A DNA stretch of 64,000 nucleotides from a virus, in IMG/VR virus record IMGVR_UViG_3300043773_002546, positions 32,001 through 96,000 of that record. One strand, written 5' to 3'. The notes below the pieces were generated by a model. The model was not told the DNA's origin. It saw nothing but the letters and a program-made list of their open reading frames with translations, and ran no database searches. Both the position numbers and the translations under genes were made by a program. Positions within the stretch are counted from its first letter, which is position 1. Each line of letters begins with the position of its first letter. Positions 16,387-26,519 of the stretch are shown piece by piece.

Positions 16387-17431
16387 ACCTGTGCTAGAAG
16401 CGTCGGATCACATCACGAACTATTTTAAGACGGCCGCGCCCCTATTGGCCGACAACCAGCGCGTGAAGATCACTGCCGCTGTTATGGAGCTGCTCCGATT
16501 TACCTCCGGCGCCGCGGTCGTAGCCCAGTGCGATCCCGCCCTGGCCCGCATAGGCTTGATCGAACTGCTCGGCGAGCTCTGCGGCATCGAGTGGGAGAAG
16601 ATTCCTTTCTCGATCACCAAGACAGCGCTGGGCAGTCCCGATCCGACAAGCGACGTGTTTGAGGCTTTGAAGACTTTCGCCAACGTGATCCAGGCCGACG
16701 CGGCGCTGGGCACTGAGGAGGTTTTTCGGTCTCTTTTTACGGTAGCGGAGCAGCCCGCAGCTCCGCCTTTGCAACCCAAGCGGGCACCCAAGGTTGCAGC
16801 ATCGGCCGACGTGGCCAAAATTTTCACGCGGTCGCCTAAGTTTAAGCCAGATTGCGGCGTGGAGCTGCTCAACTGGCAAAGCGAGTATCCCAACGGCGGC
16901 ATGGGCCCGCAGTTGTGGGGTCTACGGTTTGCCGAAAACGAAGATCAAGTTCAGGTGCTGTTGGAAACCGGCGAGCTGGTTAATCTGCCCGCGCAAATTT
17001 TTACCTTGGCTCGCACGACGGAACCGGCGGATTTTTCTGCTGTTCCGCTGGAATTGCTGGCTGCGGCGCGTTCTTTCTGGCCAGGCAAAGAGGCGGAGCT
17101 GGACACGCAATTTGGGCAGTTTACGCGGCCGTTGTATTACTGCCCATACGGAGCGCAAGCTATCGCGGCGTTGCGAGACGTTGCGAATAACCCAGCGTCT
17201 TATCCGCCACCAAACGCAGCGGCGGTGACTTTAAGCGTTGACGGCACTCCATATTTCGTTACGCTGGAAACCCGCGCATCAAAAACTGGCGTTTACGTAA
17301 CGGCCAAACTTATTGACGCAGCCGAAAATATTGTTATGCGATTGGACAAACCCCGGCAGTTTTCTGACTTGGGCGTGTATTTGTTCCCGCTTCCCGACAT
17401 GGTGATCGCCTTGGCGGTAAAGGAGCGCTGA
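16367..17431 (+). CDS. hypothetical protein
   Basis: Long in-chain ORF, overlaps both neighbours. Confidence 0.7.
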   Translation: MADATNEPVLEASDHITNYFKTAAPLLADNQRVKITAAVMELLRFTSGAAVVAQCDPALARIGLIELLGELCGIEWEKIPFSITKTALGSPDPTSDVFEALKTFANVIQADAALGTEEVFRSLFTVAEQPAAPPLQPKRAPKVAASADVAKIFTRSPKFKPDCGVELLNWQSEYPNGGMGPQLWGLRFAENEDQVQVLLETGELVNLPAQIFTLARTTEPADFSAVPLELLAAARSFWPGKEAELDTQFGQFTRPLYYCPYGAQAIAALRDVANNPASYPPPNAAAVTLSVDGTPYFVTLETRASKTGVYVTAKLIDAAENIVMRLDKPRQFSDLGVYLFPLPDMVIALAVKER

Positions 17432-18951
17432 TGTTTCGCAAGCCGCGGATTCTCTTGGTTGGCGACCTTCTTCTTGACGAGTGGGTGCACGTCAAAGCGC
17501 GCGCAGCAAATCCAGAAGGCGCGGCGGCAATTGTTAGCGGCACAGCCGACGACCGCGGCATGTCTTTGGGCGGCGTCGGAATCGCGGCTGCGCTTTTTAA
17601 ACGGCTTGGCGCCAGCGTCAAACTCATGTCGCGCCTGTCGAAGAACACGCACGGCTCGGTCGCGCACGCCCTGATGCACCGCGAACGAATCACGTGCAAG
17701 CACACAACGTTTGCCGACAACTGGACGATGCCACTTAAACGGCGTTACGTCAATGACGCAGGCGTGGTGATTTTTCGTTACGACGAGGAGCAACCGCTGG
17801 ATCAGATGCTGGAAACCGCGGGCACGCATTTTGACACAGCTCGCTATGACGAGCTTGTAAAACGTGCTGATTGCGTGCTGGTGCTTGATTACGACAAAGG
17901 TTACTTGAGCGGTTTTGGTCGTTACATGGTTGAGCGCGCCAGAGAAGCGAACACACCTATTCTGGTAGGCGCCAAACCAATCCGCCTGCGTGAGTATGCA
18001 GGCGCGGACCTGGTGAAGGTCAACGCGCACGAAGCTGCCGAGTTTCTTGACGCCGATTATGGAGACGTCACAGAGAATCTGCCCAAGGCCGCCGAATCTT
18101 TGTGCCACGCTGTATCTTCGCGTGCGGCGGTTATTACGGCCGGGTCATATGGCTCGGCTTGCGCGGTGATGACAAACAAGAACATCACCGCGTCTTTTTC
18201 GTTACCTGCGTTTCCTTGTTTTCCTGCAATTAAAAACTGTGTGGGAGCTGGCGACGCGTTTTTTGCGGGATTGACGATTGACTACGTCACGGCTCGCACA
18301 CGTTTGCGCGGTGCCGGGACGTTGCGCAACATGCGCGCGGCAATCACCGCGGCGGGCGCCGTTGCGGCCGTTTTTTTGGAGAGCGGCCCCGACGGCGTAT
18401 CGCCGCCGGTGCCTGTGCTGGCGCGCTACGATTTGCTGTGCGCTGAATCGCCAGACGCCAAGATCATGTCTCTCGACACCCTAGCCTGGCTTGCCCAGGC
18501 CTGGCGCAAGAACGAGGATGCCGTGGTTTTTACTAACGGCTGCTTTGATCTGCTACACGAGGGGCATTTGCATCTTTTGGACGAGGCCCACCGGCAAGGC
18601 ACACGCCTTATTGTCGCGGTTAACAGCGACGACAGTGTACGAACGTTGAAAGGAGAGGGACGACCAGTCCAACCATTTACGACGCGGGCCAAGCTGTTGG
18701 CGTCGTTGAGTTGCGTGGATGCGGTTGTCTCGTTGGATGAGGAGGATTTTGTTGGAAACACTGCGCTGCGCTCAATGCTTACGACCCTCCAGCCGGACGT
18801 TTTGGTCAAGGGCGACGAATACGCGGAAAGCGAAATCGTCGGCTGGGAAGAGATGGTCAAACGAGAGCCACCGGGGCGCGTGTGGCGCTGTCCCATGCTT
18901 TCCGGCCGCAGCACCACAAACGTTATACAGAAAGTCAAACACAACACATGA
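17431..18951 (+). CDS. hldE: bifunctional heptose-7-phosphate kinase / heptose-1-phosphate nucleotidyltransferase
   Basis: PfkB domain LVGDLLLD, LDYDKG, VKVNAHEA, VGAGDAF; then VFTNGCFDLLHEGH, VAVNSDDSV..LKG..RP, LVKGDEY, GRSTT. Confidence 0.9.
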   Translation: MFRKPRILLVGDLLLDEWVHVKARAANPEGAAAIVSGTADDRGMSLGGVGIAAALFKRLGASVKLMSRLSKNTHGSVAHALMHRERITCKHTTFADNWTMPLKRRYVNDAGVVIFRYDEEQPLDQMLETAGTHFDTARYDELVKRADCVLVLDYDKGYLSGFGRYMVERAREANTPILVGAKPIRLREYAGADLVKVNAHEAAEFLDADYGDVTENLPKAAESLCHAVSSRAAVITAGSYGSACAVMTNKNITASFSLPAFPCFPAIKNCVGAGDAFFAGLTIDYVTARTRLRGAGTLRNMRAAITAAGAVAAVFLESGPDGVSPPVPVLARYDLLCAESPDAKIMSLDTLAWLAQAWRKNEDAVVFTNGCFDLLHEGHLHLLDEAHRQGTRLIVAVNSDDSVRTLKGEGRPVQPFTTRAKLLASLSCVDAVVSLDEEDFVGNTALRSMLTTLQPDVLVKGDEYAESEIVGWEEMVKREPPGRVWRCPMLSGRSTTNVIQKVKHNT

Positions 18952-19205
18952 GTAATTTCGATTTCGGCAATTTTATTGACGACGATAACAAGTTCGAGGA
19001 GATGCCGTTGACCGACGCAGAAGAGAATTGCCTGTCGCCTTATGGAATTCTCAGCGCGATGCTGGGTCGGTTAAAAGCTCGGCGAGTTTACAATCGTCTG
19101 GTAAAAATTGCGCAACGAATTAGTGACGCCAAAGGCGGACGCCCTGCCATCCTCTTGGACGAAGATGGCGGCGAATTTGTGACCATTCATGAAGAGCATG
19201 TATGA
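18948..19205 (+). CDS. hypothetical protein
   Basis: ATGA overlaps on both sides. Confidence 0.6.
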   Translation: MSNFDFGNFIDDDNKFEEMPLTDAEENCLSPYGILSAMLGRLKARRVYNRLVKIAQRISDAKGGRPAILLDEDGGEFVTIHEEHV

Positions 19206-19942
19206 GCAACACCACCGAAACTCGAGTGGATATGCGGCAGCTGGCGCAGCGGATAAACCTGGGGAACCAGAACATGTCGCTGCAGTGGTTTGAGTTGTTG
19301 GCGGTGACCGACAATGGCGCCGCAGCTGGCCCGCAGACGGAGACGACGCTTTGCGAAAAGTACTGCCAGAAGTACAGGCCGCACATGACGACGTCGACGA
19401 CCAAAGGTTGGATGACCAACTGGCTAGACATCTTTCGCCGTAACGGCGTGGCCCAGAAGGTGGCAGCGGCGGAGTTTCAGAGCGAGACGCGCTGGGAGTT
19501 GACGCCGCTGGGGCGGCAGCTGTGGGCGCACTGCACGACGCCTTCTCCGGAAGAGAACGATACGGCCAATGCGGCGTTTCGGTCTCGGATGTGCAAGCTG
19601 GCGATCGACGGCGCGGCGCCCGTGATCAGGTCTTGTCTGGAACGACTGGACGAGGATATCGCCAACTTTAAGCGCGAAGCAGCCGCGTCTGGCACGCCGC
19701 TGAGCATGGCGCTGTACGTGCGGATTCCGCACCCCGAGCTGTCCACGCCCCGAGAGAACGACCGCCATACGGCTTACGTTTTGTCGATCGACCTCGACGG
19801 CAGCCTCCCGCCACAACCCCCGGGCGACACGGCGCGGCCAGTGACTAGGCAAGAGCGCAGCGGCCGTCGGCGGCGACGGCGCGCTTCGCAGGCCTCGAGC
19901 AATAATTTTTCGGTTTCAGTCATTTCTCACCGGCGGCGCTAG
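19202..19942 (+). CDS. hypothetical protein, possible winged-helix N-terminus
   Basis: WLDIFRRNGVAQKV...RWELTPLGRQLW resembles a wHTH wing. Confidence 0.55.
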   Translation: MSNTTETRVDMRQLAQRINLGNQNMSLQWFELLAVTDNGAAAGPQTETTLCEKYCQKYRPHMTTSTTKGWMTNWLDIFRRNGVAQKVAAAEFQSETRWELTPLGRQLWAHCTTPSPEENDTANAAFRSRMCKLAIDGAAPVIRSCLERLDEDIANFKREAAASGTPLSMALYVRIPHPELSTPRENDRHTAYVLSIDLDGSLPPQPPGDTARPVTRQERSGRRRRRRASQASSNNFSVSVISHRRR

Positions 19943-19951
19943 GAGACAAGG

Positions 19952-20542
19952 ATGTACCTGTTTATTGACACGGAAACCGGCGGGCTGACGCCCGATTTTA
20001 GCCTGCTGACCGTTTCTGCAATCGTCGCCGACAAGGACTTTAACTTTCTTTGCGGCGGCAACGCGGACGACACGCTTTACATGGAGATTCGCCACGATAC
20101 CTATGTGGTGACTCCGGAGGCGTTGGCGATCAATAAACTGGACCTCATCCACCACAGCGCCAGAGGACTGAAGCCGGACCAGGCGCGGGGTAGGTTTATG
20201 GAATTTTTGACAAGTGCCTACCAACGCTGCGGCCAGAACAAACTTGTTCCAGCCGGGCACAACGTGACGTACGACTTAGATTTCCTGTGGCACCACCTGG
20301 TGCCGAAGGAGGACTGGCGGAAATTCTGTACCTACCCCGCCCTGGATACCGCAATCATCGCGCGGTTTTTGAACGCCGTGCACATCCTCGACGGGCAATA
20401 TAAACTAACGGAAGTGTGCGCCGCGTTTGGCGTGCATTTCGAAAACGCGCATCACGCCGAAGCCGATAACAAGGCAACCCTGGCGCTGGCCCGACAATAC
20501 GCGGCGATGATGCGAGCCCTGACCGAGGCGCCAACGAGCTGA
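19952..20542 (+). CDS. DEDDh 3'-5' exonuclease (DnaQ-like)
   Basis: FIDTETGGL, AGHNVTYDLDFL, ALDT, HHAEAD; SD AGGAG. Confidence 0.85.
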   Translation: MYLFIDTETGGLTPDFSLLTVSAIVADKDFNFLCGGNADDTLYMEIRHDTYVVTPEALAINKLDLIHHSARGLKPDQARGRFMEFLTSAYQRCGQNKLVPAGHNVTYDLDFLWHHLVPKEDWRKFCTYPALDTAIIARFLNAVHILDGQYKLTEVCAAFGVHFENAHHAEADNKATLALARQYAAMMRALTEAPTS

Positions 20543-20564
20543 TTCGCAATACGAAAGGATGCGT

Positions 20565-21053
20565 ATGCGTAACGTATTTTCTCTGCTGTTGGACTGGCGG
20601 CAGGAAATCGGCTACCGGCTGGAGAGTCGGCACCGCTCCAATGATTGGGCCCCGCTCCGCGACGAGCACATGCGGGAGCATTCCGCGTGCATCGCTTGCG
20701 GCCGACGCGGCGAAGAGGTGCATCACGGCGTCCCCGTAAAATACTCTCCCGCGCGCGAGCTTGATCCGACAAACCTGTACACCTACTGCTGTAACGACCA
20801 CCGCGGCCTGGCGCATCTGGGGGACACGGCAACCCACAACCCGGAGCACGCGCTGCTGGCCAAGATCAAACGCGCCTGCGTGGCGCGTTACCGCGACGAG
20901 CTGCCGTCGCAGTTGAATTTGCAAGAAGGCGTGATTTACCGAACTGTGCTGGACGCCATGCACGAGGAATTTGAGACGCGCATGTCGGATCACGTTGCCA
21001 AAGCGTTGAAAACAGTGCAGCGGTTCGTGGACAAACAGCGCCCCCAGAAATGA
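20565..21053 (+). CDS. HNH endonuclease
   Basis: CIACG..EEVHHGVP...DPTNLYTYCCNDHRGLAH. Confidence 0.75.
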   Translation: MRNVFSLLLDWRQEIGYRLESRHRSNDWAPLRDEHMREHSACIACGRRGEEVHHGVPVKYSPARELDPTNLYTYCCNDHRGLAHLGDTATHNPEHALLAKIKRACVARYRDELPSQLNLQEGVIYRTVLDAMHEEFETRMSDHVAKALKTVQRFVDKQRPQK

Positions 21054-21850
21054 GCCTCGCTCTTTTTACTATTTCTCAAGATGAAACTGACGCTTTGCAG
21101 TTGTGGCTAGCGCACCATCGCGCCCACGCGCCGACGGCCGAGCTGTACGTCTTGGATCACGAGTCCGCAGGTGACGCGGCGCTAGTTCTGCAGGACGAGC
21201 AGGCTAATGGCGTGACCGTAGTGCCCGTGCGCCACGACGTCAGTTTTGACTACGACTGGTTGACACGCACCGTCGAGGATTTTGCCGGGTTTCTCTTGCG
21301 AAGCTACGCGGCAGTCGGTTTTGCCGAGGTCGACGAATTGCTTTTGCCCACCGCGGCGAGCACTTTGGAGGCGCTGCTGTTGACTACGACGGAGCCGTTT
21401 GTTCGCGCCGAAGGCCGCTGCCTGGTGCACCATCATCCCGAGGAGCCGCCGTTGCGTTTGGATCAACCGCTGCTGGCGCAGCGCCGTCATTGGTATCGCT
21501 CGGAGCGTTACAGCAAGATCTGCCTGTTTCGCGAACGGGTGTATTGGAAAAACGGTTTTCATGCGGCCTATAACGTGCCCGCCACGCAACACGCCACTCC
21601 GGCGCTGATTAACCTGCACTTGCACCAGGCTGACTACGCCCAAGCCTTGCGGCGGCATCAGCGCAACGCTGGTCGACGCTGGGACCCGCGTTTTCGCCAG
21701 TCGGACCTTGGTGTGCACCAGCGGTTGGACAACCCCGACGAGCTTGCGCGCTACCTGCTAGCCAACCTTGACCGACCCCGCGAGTACGCCGAGCTGGAAG
21801 AGATTCCCGCTGCTTACCAGGAAAGTTACCGTGTATGTCTGCCCCGTTGA
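21050..21850 (+). CDS. GT-A glycosyltransferase (GT2-like)
   Basis: LQLWLAHHR...LYVLDHES...EVDELL...YSKICL...WKNGFH. Confidence 0.65.
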   Translation: MSLALFTISQDETDALQLWLAHHRAHAPTAELYVLDHESAGDAALVLQDEQANGVTVVPVRHDVSFDYDWLTRTVEDFAGFLLRSYAAVGFAEVDELLLPTAASTLEALLLTTTEPFVRAEGRCLVHHHPEEPPLRLDQPLLAQRRHWYRSERYSKICLFRERVYWKNGFHAAYNVPATQHATPALINLHLHQADYAQALRRHQRNAGRRWDPRFRQSDLGVHQRLDNPDELARYLLANLDRPREYAELEEIPAAYQESYRVCLPR

Positions 21851-22629
21851 CTCTCTACGTGCTGCACAGCACACGAGCGCCAGAAATTGTTGCCGACGGC
21901 GTGACCGCGGCGCGCTGGGCCAGCCAATACCCGTGCCATGTCACGGTAGTCGTTGACGACGCGGCCGCCTATGCCGATTGTGGCGCGGACTTGATTGTCC
22001 CTAGCGCGGTGCCCGCAACGGGCCTGCTGGCCGACTGGCGGTTTTACGAAGGGCTTCAGGCCGCGATTGATCAGGGACTCGAGTTTGAGCAATCGATCTG
22101 TTTCCGAGACGACGCTTTGTTTTTGCAGAAAGGCCTGGATCGTTGGGCAGCGGAGACCTTCTACCGCGATGATGTGGCCTTGGCGGCAACCGCTGATCGG
22201 CATTACTACGCTGATAGTTTTTTGCGTGTGGCCGACCTGTTTTCGCGATGGCGCGTGCCGCATGAAATTTGGGATCGCGCACCGGCGGGGTTTACCGCGG
22301 TGAGTCAAGTGTTTTGCCTGCGGGCAACTTTAGCTAAGGAATTGTTTCATCGCCGCTTGCTGGTCCCGGAAGGTTTTAAAGAGTGGACGTTGCCGTTCTC
22401 TTGCTACGCTTCCTGGACCTGCCAGCTGCTAATGATGGCTTCGCGTTTGGTTGGCTCGCCTGACCGTCCGCAGGTGCCGTTTTATGTGAACGACGGCTGG
22501 GGCGGCATGTATAACGCTCCGCCATATCTGTTGCATGAAAATTTTCTGGTCTACTGGTCTGCGCGGCACGTTGCCGGATACAGCGAGGCGGACCTTCGCG
22601 ATTGGTGCAAAAAACGGAGGGACGCGTAA
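21835..22629 (+). CDS. hypothetical protein, possible GT-A-like
   Basis: VVVDD, CFRDDALF, adjacent to a GT gene; weak. Confidence 0.5.
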   Translation: MSAPLTLYVLHSTRAPEIVADGVTAARWASQYPCHVTVVVDDAAAYADCGADLIVPSAVPATGLLADWRFYEGLQAAIDQGLEFEQSICFRDDALFLQKGLDRWAAETFYRDDVALAATADRHYYADSFLRVADLFSRWRVPHEIWDRAPAGFTAVSQVFCLRATLAKELFHRRLLVPEGFKEWTLPFSCYASWTCQLLMMASRLVGSPDRPQVPFYVNDGWGGMYNAPPYLLHENFLVYWSARHVAGYSEADLRDWCKKRRDA

Positions 22630-23234
22630 TGAACGACCCGCGCATGTTGCAACTTTCGCCGCTGGAACGAAAGTTTTTTAAGCTTTACGTTGACGCGGTT
22701 AAGCGTGACTACCACGTGATGCAATCTGCCGTAGCGATGATGAACCCCAACGAACTGGGCGTTATTTGCCCAACGCACGCAACCCGCGTTGCCGACGGAA
22801 TTCAGGAATTCTATCTTGAATTTGACGAAGCGCTGACGCGCCTGAATTCTAAGCATCGTTTTACACGTCGCGCGATAACGCCGTCGCCCAGCGACAACGA
22901 GTTAATTGGCCTGACTACCGCAAGCTTTTTTAAATTAGTTGCCGTGGTCAAAACCGATTCGTCGCATTACGGCGATACTAAAGACGGCGGTTGGTTTAGC
23001 GGCGAGACAGAAAACTGGGAAAAGAATCTGGCTTCGCTCAAAAAATCTTTAACGCCGTCTGATAAACCGCCTCCGGTATCGCCTTTAGTTGCGGCAATGC
23101 TGCAATTATTTAACGCGCTGGTTAACAAAACCATGCCGTTTCAAATGTATTACCAACCGCCGCAAGCACAGGCAGAGGAAGAAGACTGGGAAGATCCCGA
23201 CGAAGATAACGCCGCGCCCGAAGATTTTGACTAA
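22629..23234 (+). CDS. hypothetical protein
   Basis: TAATG overlap; acidic tail. Confidence 0.65.
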   Translation: MNDPRMLQLSPLERKFFKLYVDAVKRDYHVMQSAVAMMNPNELGVICPTHATRVADGIQEFYLEFDEALTRLNSKHRFTRRAITPSPSDNELIGLTTASFFKLVAVVKTDSSHYGDTKDGGWFSGETENWEKNLASLKKSLTPSDKPPPVSPLVAAMLQLFNALVNKTMPFQMYYQPPQAQAEEEDWEDPDEDNAAPEDFD

Positions 23235-23245
23235 GGGAGAAACCT

Positions 23246-24424
23246 GTGGAACCGTTGTTTGTATTTACCGCTGATTTGCATCTAGAGGACGGGGCTTGGT
23301 CGACCCGGCCCGGTATTTACGGCGACGCGTATTACAGCTTCGCCCAAATTATTGACTACTGCATCGAGCAGCAGCTGCCGTTGATCATGGGCGGCGACGT
23401 GCTCGAGAAAAAGAGCAACTCCGCGCGGCCAATCGCCAAGCTCTGCGAGGGCCTGTCCCGTATGCAGGCGGCGGGCGTGCCGGTGTACTACATCCAGGGC
23501 AACCACGAGTATGACCGAAATGCTCCCTGGCTTTCGGTTCACCCTTGGTCACAGCACATCCATCAACAGACCGTGGAGATCCAGGGCCACTCGATTTACG
23601 GGCTCGACTGGCTGCCCAAAGGCGAGATCCAGGAGGCTTTCAAGGCGATTCCCAGGGGCACGCACATTCTCGTCACACATCAGGTTTGGGAAGATCTCAT
23701 GAAGGGCGTGGGGCGGACCGAGTGCGCTATCGCCGACGTGCACAACACGCGCACGATTCTGGCGGGCGACTTTCACGTCACAACCACAATCGAGGGCGTC
23801 AACGCGGACGGCTTGCGCACAGAGATGCTTTCGCCTGGGTCGATTTGTATGCAGGACCTGGGCGAGAGTCCGGCAAAATGGTTTTTTGTGATCTGCCGCC
23901 ATCCCGAGGGCGGTTTTCATTTCGAACGCAAAACGCTCCAGACTCGATCGTTCGCCAAATTTGTGGTGAACGACCAGGAGTATCTCGACCAGCTTTGCGC
24001 TGGCGGTCTGGTCCAAGAGATCGAGTGCCTTGCCAAGCAAATTTCTACGGAAGCCAAAACCGCGGGCGTCGACAAGCCAATCGTACGAATCAAGTTTGAC
24101 AAGAACCTGCCCGACGCGTTTTTGCGGTTAACCACCGCGGCAGGCGACGCCTGCCACTTGTTCTGTGAGGCGCTGGCGGAACGCGGCCAAGCCGAGCGGC
24201 AGCAGACAACACGCAGCAGCGCTAAAAACGATCTTTTGGCGGCGCTAGCCGACTTGCTGGGCGATGAAACCCCGGCGTACAAATTAGCGGCCGCGTTGGT
24301 AACGGCCGAAGACCCGGCAAAAAAACTCGAAGGCGTTTTTGCAGAATTTCAAGAAGGGACAAGTCATGCAGTTGTTACGTTTGGAAGTCCGGAACTGGGT
24401 ACACCATCGACACCGGGTGTGTGA
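23246..24424 (+). CDS. sbcD: SbcD/Mre11-like metallophosphoesterase nuclease
   Basis: ADLHL, GGDVLE, IQGNHE, VTHQ, AGDFH; adjacent to SbcC. Confidence 0.9.
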   Translation: MEPLFVFTADLHLEDGAWSTRPGIYGDAYYSFAQIIDYCIEQQLPLIMGGDVLEKKSNSARPIAKLCEGLSRMQAAGVPVYYIQGNHEYDRNAPWLSVHPWSQHIHQQTVEIQGHSIYGLDWLPKGEIQEAFKAIPRGTHILVTHQVWEDLMKGVGRTECAIADVHNTRTILAGDFHVTTTIEGVNADGLRTEMLSPGSICMQDLGESPAKWFFVICRHPEGGFHFERKTLQTRSFAKFVVNDQEYLDQLCAGGLVQEIECLAKQISTEAKTAGVDKPIVRIKFDKNLPDAFLRLTTAAGDACHLFCEALAERGQAERQQTTRSSAKNDLLAALADLLGDETPAYKLAAALVTAEDPAKKLEGVFAEFQEGTSHAVVTFGSPELGTPSTPGV

Positions 24425-26519
24425 ATTCACGCGCGGGTTGGTTGCCATTCTGGGCGAGAACGGCTCCGGCAAGAGCAGTCTCTTCGGCGCGCTGAAGTGG
24501 CTCCTGACCGGCGAGAACCCTAACTACGGCAGCAAGACTGACAACATCAGTCAGTACGCCAAAGAAGGCGAGCCGTCTTTCGCCAGCCTGGAGTTCGAAC
24601 ACTCCGGGCACATTGCCGTAGTGACCCGCCATCTTCTTCCTGAGAAGGAGCAAGCCACGCTTACCATTGACGGCGTGGAAGCAGGCCGGGGCGAGAAAGG
24701 CGTCACTGCCGGAATCGAAAAGCTCTTAGGCGTGGACGCCAAGTTTATCTCGCGTTTTATTATTGTCGGTCAAACGGAGATTTTCTCGTTTATCGACGAC
24801 AATCAGACCGACACAGATAAATTCTTCCAGCGGTTGTTTAACACCGCCAAGGCCGACAAGTGCCAGGACGTGATCGGCAAGAACATTTCCAAGATCCAGA
24901 TCCCCGAGGTGCTCAAGACTCCGGCGCAGCTGGACACGGAAATCCAGACTGCCAAGGACGCGCTGTCCGAAACGGACCGGCAGATTCACGGCTTGCCCGA
25001 CATGGCCGCCTTCCTGGCTGAGCAGAAAGAGCAGCAGAAGACGATTCAGGCCTGGCGGAACCGCGAAAAGGCCGCCGCTGAGCTGGCCAAGCTTGACGCC
25101 CAGCTCCAGACGGCCAACGCCCAATTAGAAACCGCAAAGGAAGACTCCGACCGCTACGAGTCAGACTTGGAGGCGCTCGAGGAGGCATCCCAGGGCCAAG
25201 AGGAGGCGATCACCGCCGCCCGCACGGCGCTGGGCCACTGGCAGAGCTACAAGAGCGTTGCCAAGTCGCGGGAGCAGCTTCAGACCACGCGTCAGGCGAT
25301 AGCCGCCTCGCGAGCCAAAGACCCCGAGCCGGAGAAGCCGGGAGCGCTTTCGGCGGAGGAACTAGCCAAGGACGCCCACAGCCGCCGTGAACGCATTAAA
25401 GAGATCAACGCGTTTATCCGTATGTTCGACGAGCATGGCGAGGCGGAGTGCCCGACCTGCCACACGCCGTCGAGCCAGCTGGCCGATCAGGTCGAGAAGC
25501 GCAAGGCGGAGCTGCTTGTCCGGCAGCAGGAAGAAACAGAACTGACCCTTGCGTACAGCGCGCAGTGGAAACTAGAAGAAGCCTGGAAACGTTGGGAGAG
25601 TCGCGAACGCGATCGGGCGCTTTCTGAACAGAAACTCGCCGCCGCCGAACAAAGCCTGCAAGACGTCCAGCCGCCGGTCTTGAGCGAAGCCGACCTGTCG
25701 CAGACGGTCACCGATTATGACTCGTTCCAGAAGGCCAAGCAGGACATCCTGCCGCTGGCGCAGGCGGCCAAGGTCCGCAATGCCCAGCTGGAGGGCGCGC
25801 TCGTGAGCCTGGCCGAACGGCGGAAGCAACTGCTCAATGATATCAATGAGGCAGAGGTTACCGAGGCCGACGCCACGCTGGCGCAGCAGCGGCTCAACCA
25901 TGTCCAAGAGCAATTTGCCCAGCGTACGAAGCTCGACACAGCTCGCGCTACGCTTGTGCATGCCCGCGACGCCCTTCAGGCCCAACGGGACGCCGCCGAG
26001 GCCGAAGTGACCTTGGCGGGTAGACTCAGGGAATGGACGCACGTCGCTGAAACAGCCCGCGAGGCCCTCAAGAATGCTCCGCGGCTGGTTGCTCAACGCA
26101 ACCTGCAACGGCTAGAAACAAGTATTAACGAACTGTTGCAGATTTTTCAGGTGAACTTCCAGGTGCGGGTTGCCGAGCGCGACACGCCTACGTTTATTGC
26201 GGAGTTCTACGATGGTCGCCGACAAGTTGCCCAGCGACTCTCCATCGGACAAAAAACTGTCTTGGCACTTGCGTTTCGAGTCGCCGTCAACGCCATGTTC
26301 GCCGAAGAAATCGGACTCTTGGCGCTGGATGAGCCAACTGCATCGCTGGATCAGCCGCGTATTCGGGCGCTAGCCCCGGTCCTGGAAAAGCTTCGAGAGC
26401 TTTCCACGGCTAAAGGGCTGCAATGTCTGCTTGTGACGCACGCGACGACCTTGTCGCACCTCTTTGAATCCGCTATTGAACTTGAACCCCCAGAGTTGCG
26501 TCATGCAAGCAGTAACTGA
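24366..26519 (+). CDS. sbcC: SbcC/Rad50 SMC-like ATPase
   Basis: Walker A GENGSGKS, Q-loop VGQ, coiled coil with CPTC hook, LSIGQ, LALDEP, VTH. Confidence 0.92.
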   Translation: MQLLRLEVRNWVHHRHRVCEFTRGLVAILGENGSGKSSLFGALKWLLTGENPNYGSKTDNISQYAKEGEPSFASLEFEHSGHIAVVTRHLLPEKEQATLTIDGVEAGRGEKGVTAGIEKLLGVDAKFISRFIIVGQTEIFSFIDDNQTDTDKFFQRLFNTAKADKCQDVIGKNISKIQIPEVLKTPAQLDTEIQTAKDALSETDRQIHGLPDMAAFLAEQKEQQKTIQAWRNREKAAAELAKLDAQLQTANAQLETAKEDSDRYESDLEALEEASQGQEEAITAARTALGHWQSYKSVAKSREQLQTTRQAIAASRAKDPEPEKPGALSAEELAKDAHSRRERIKEINAFIRMFDEHGEAECPTCHTPSSQLADQVEKRKAELLVRQQEETELTLAYSAQWKLEEAWKRWESRERDRALSEQKLAAAEQSLQDVQPPVLSEADLSQTVTDYDSFQKAKQDILPLAQAAKVRNAQLEGALVSLAERRKQLLNDINEAEVTEADATLAQQRLNHVQEQFAQRTKLDTARATLVHARDALQAQRDAAEAEVTLAGRLREWTHVAETAREALKNAPRLVAQRNLQRLETSINELLQIFQVNFQVRVAERDTPTFIAEFYDGRRQVAQRLSIGQKTVLALAFRVAVNAMFAEEIGLLALDEPTASLDQPRIRALAPVLEKLRELSTAKGLQCLLVTHATTLSHLFESAIELEPPELRHASSN
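25833..25850. repeat. dispersed palindrome copy 6
   Basis: CTCAATGATATCAATGAG, inside sbcC. Confidence 0.9.

Noticed and set aside
20565-21053. HNH gene as a mobile homing endonuclease or terminase partner
   Set aside because: No intron context and no terminase nearby; ordinary free-standing HNH
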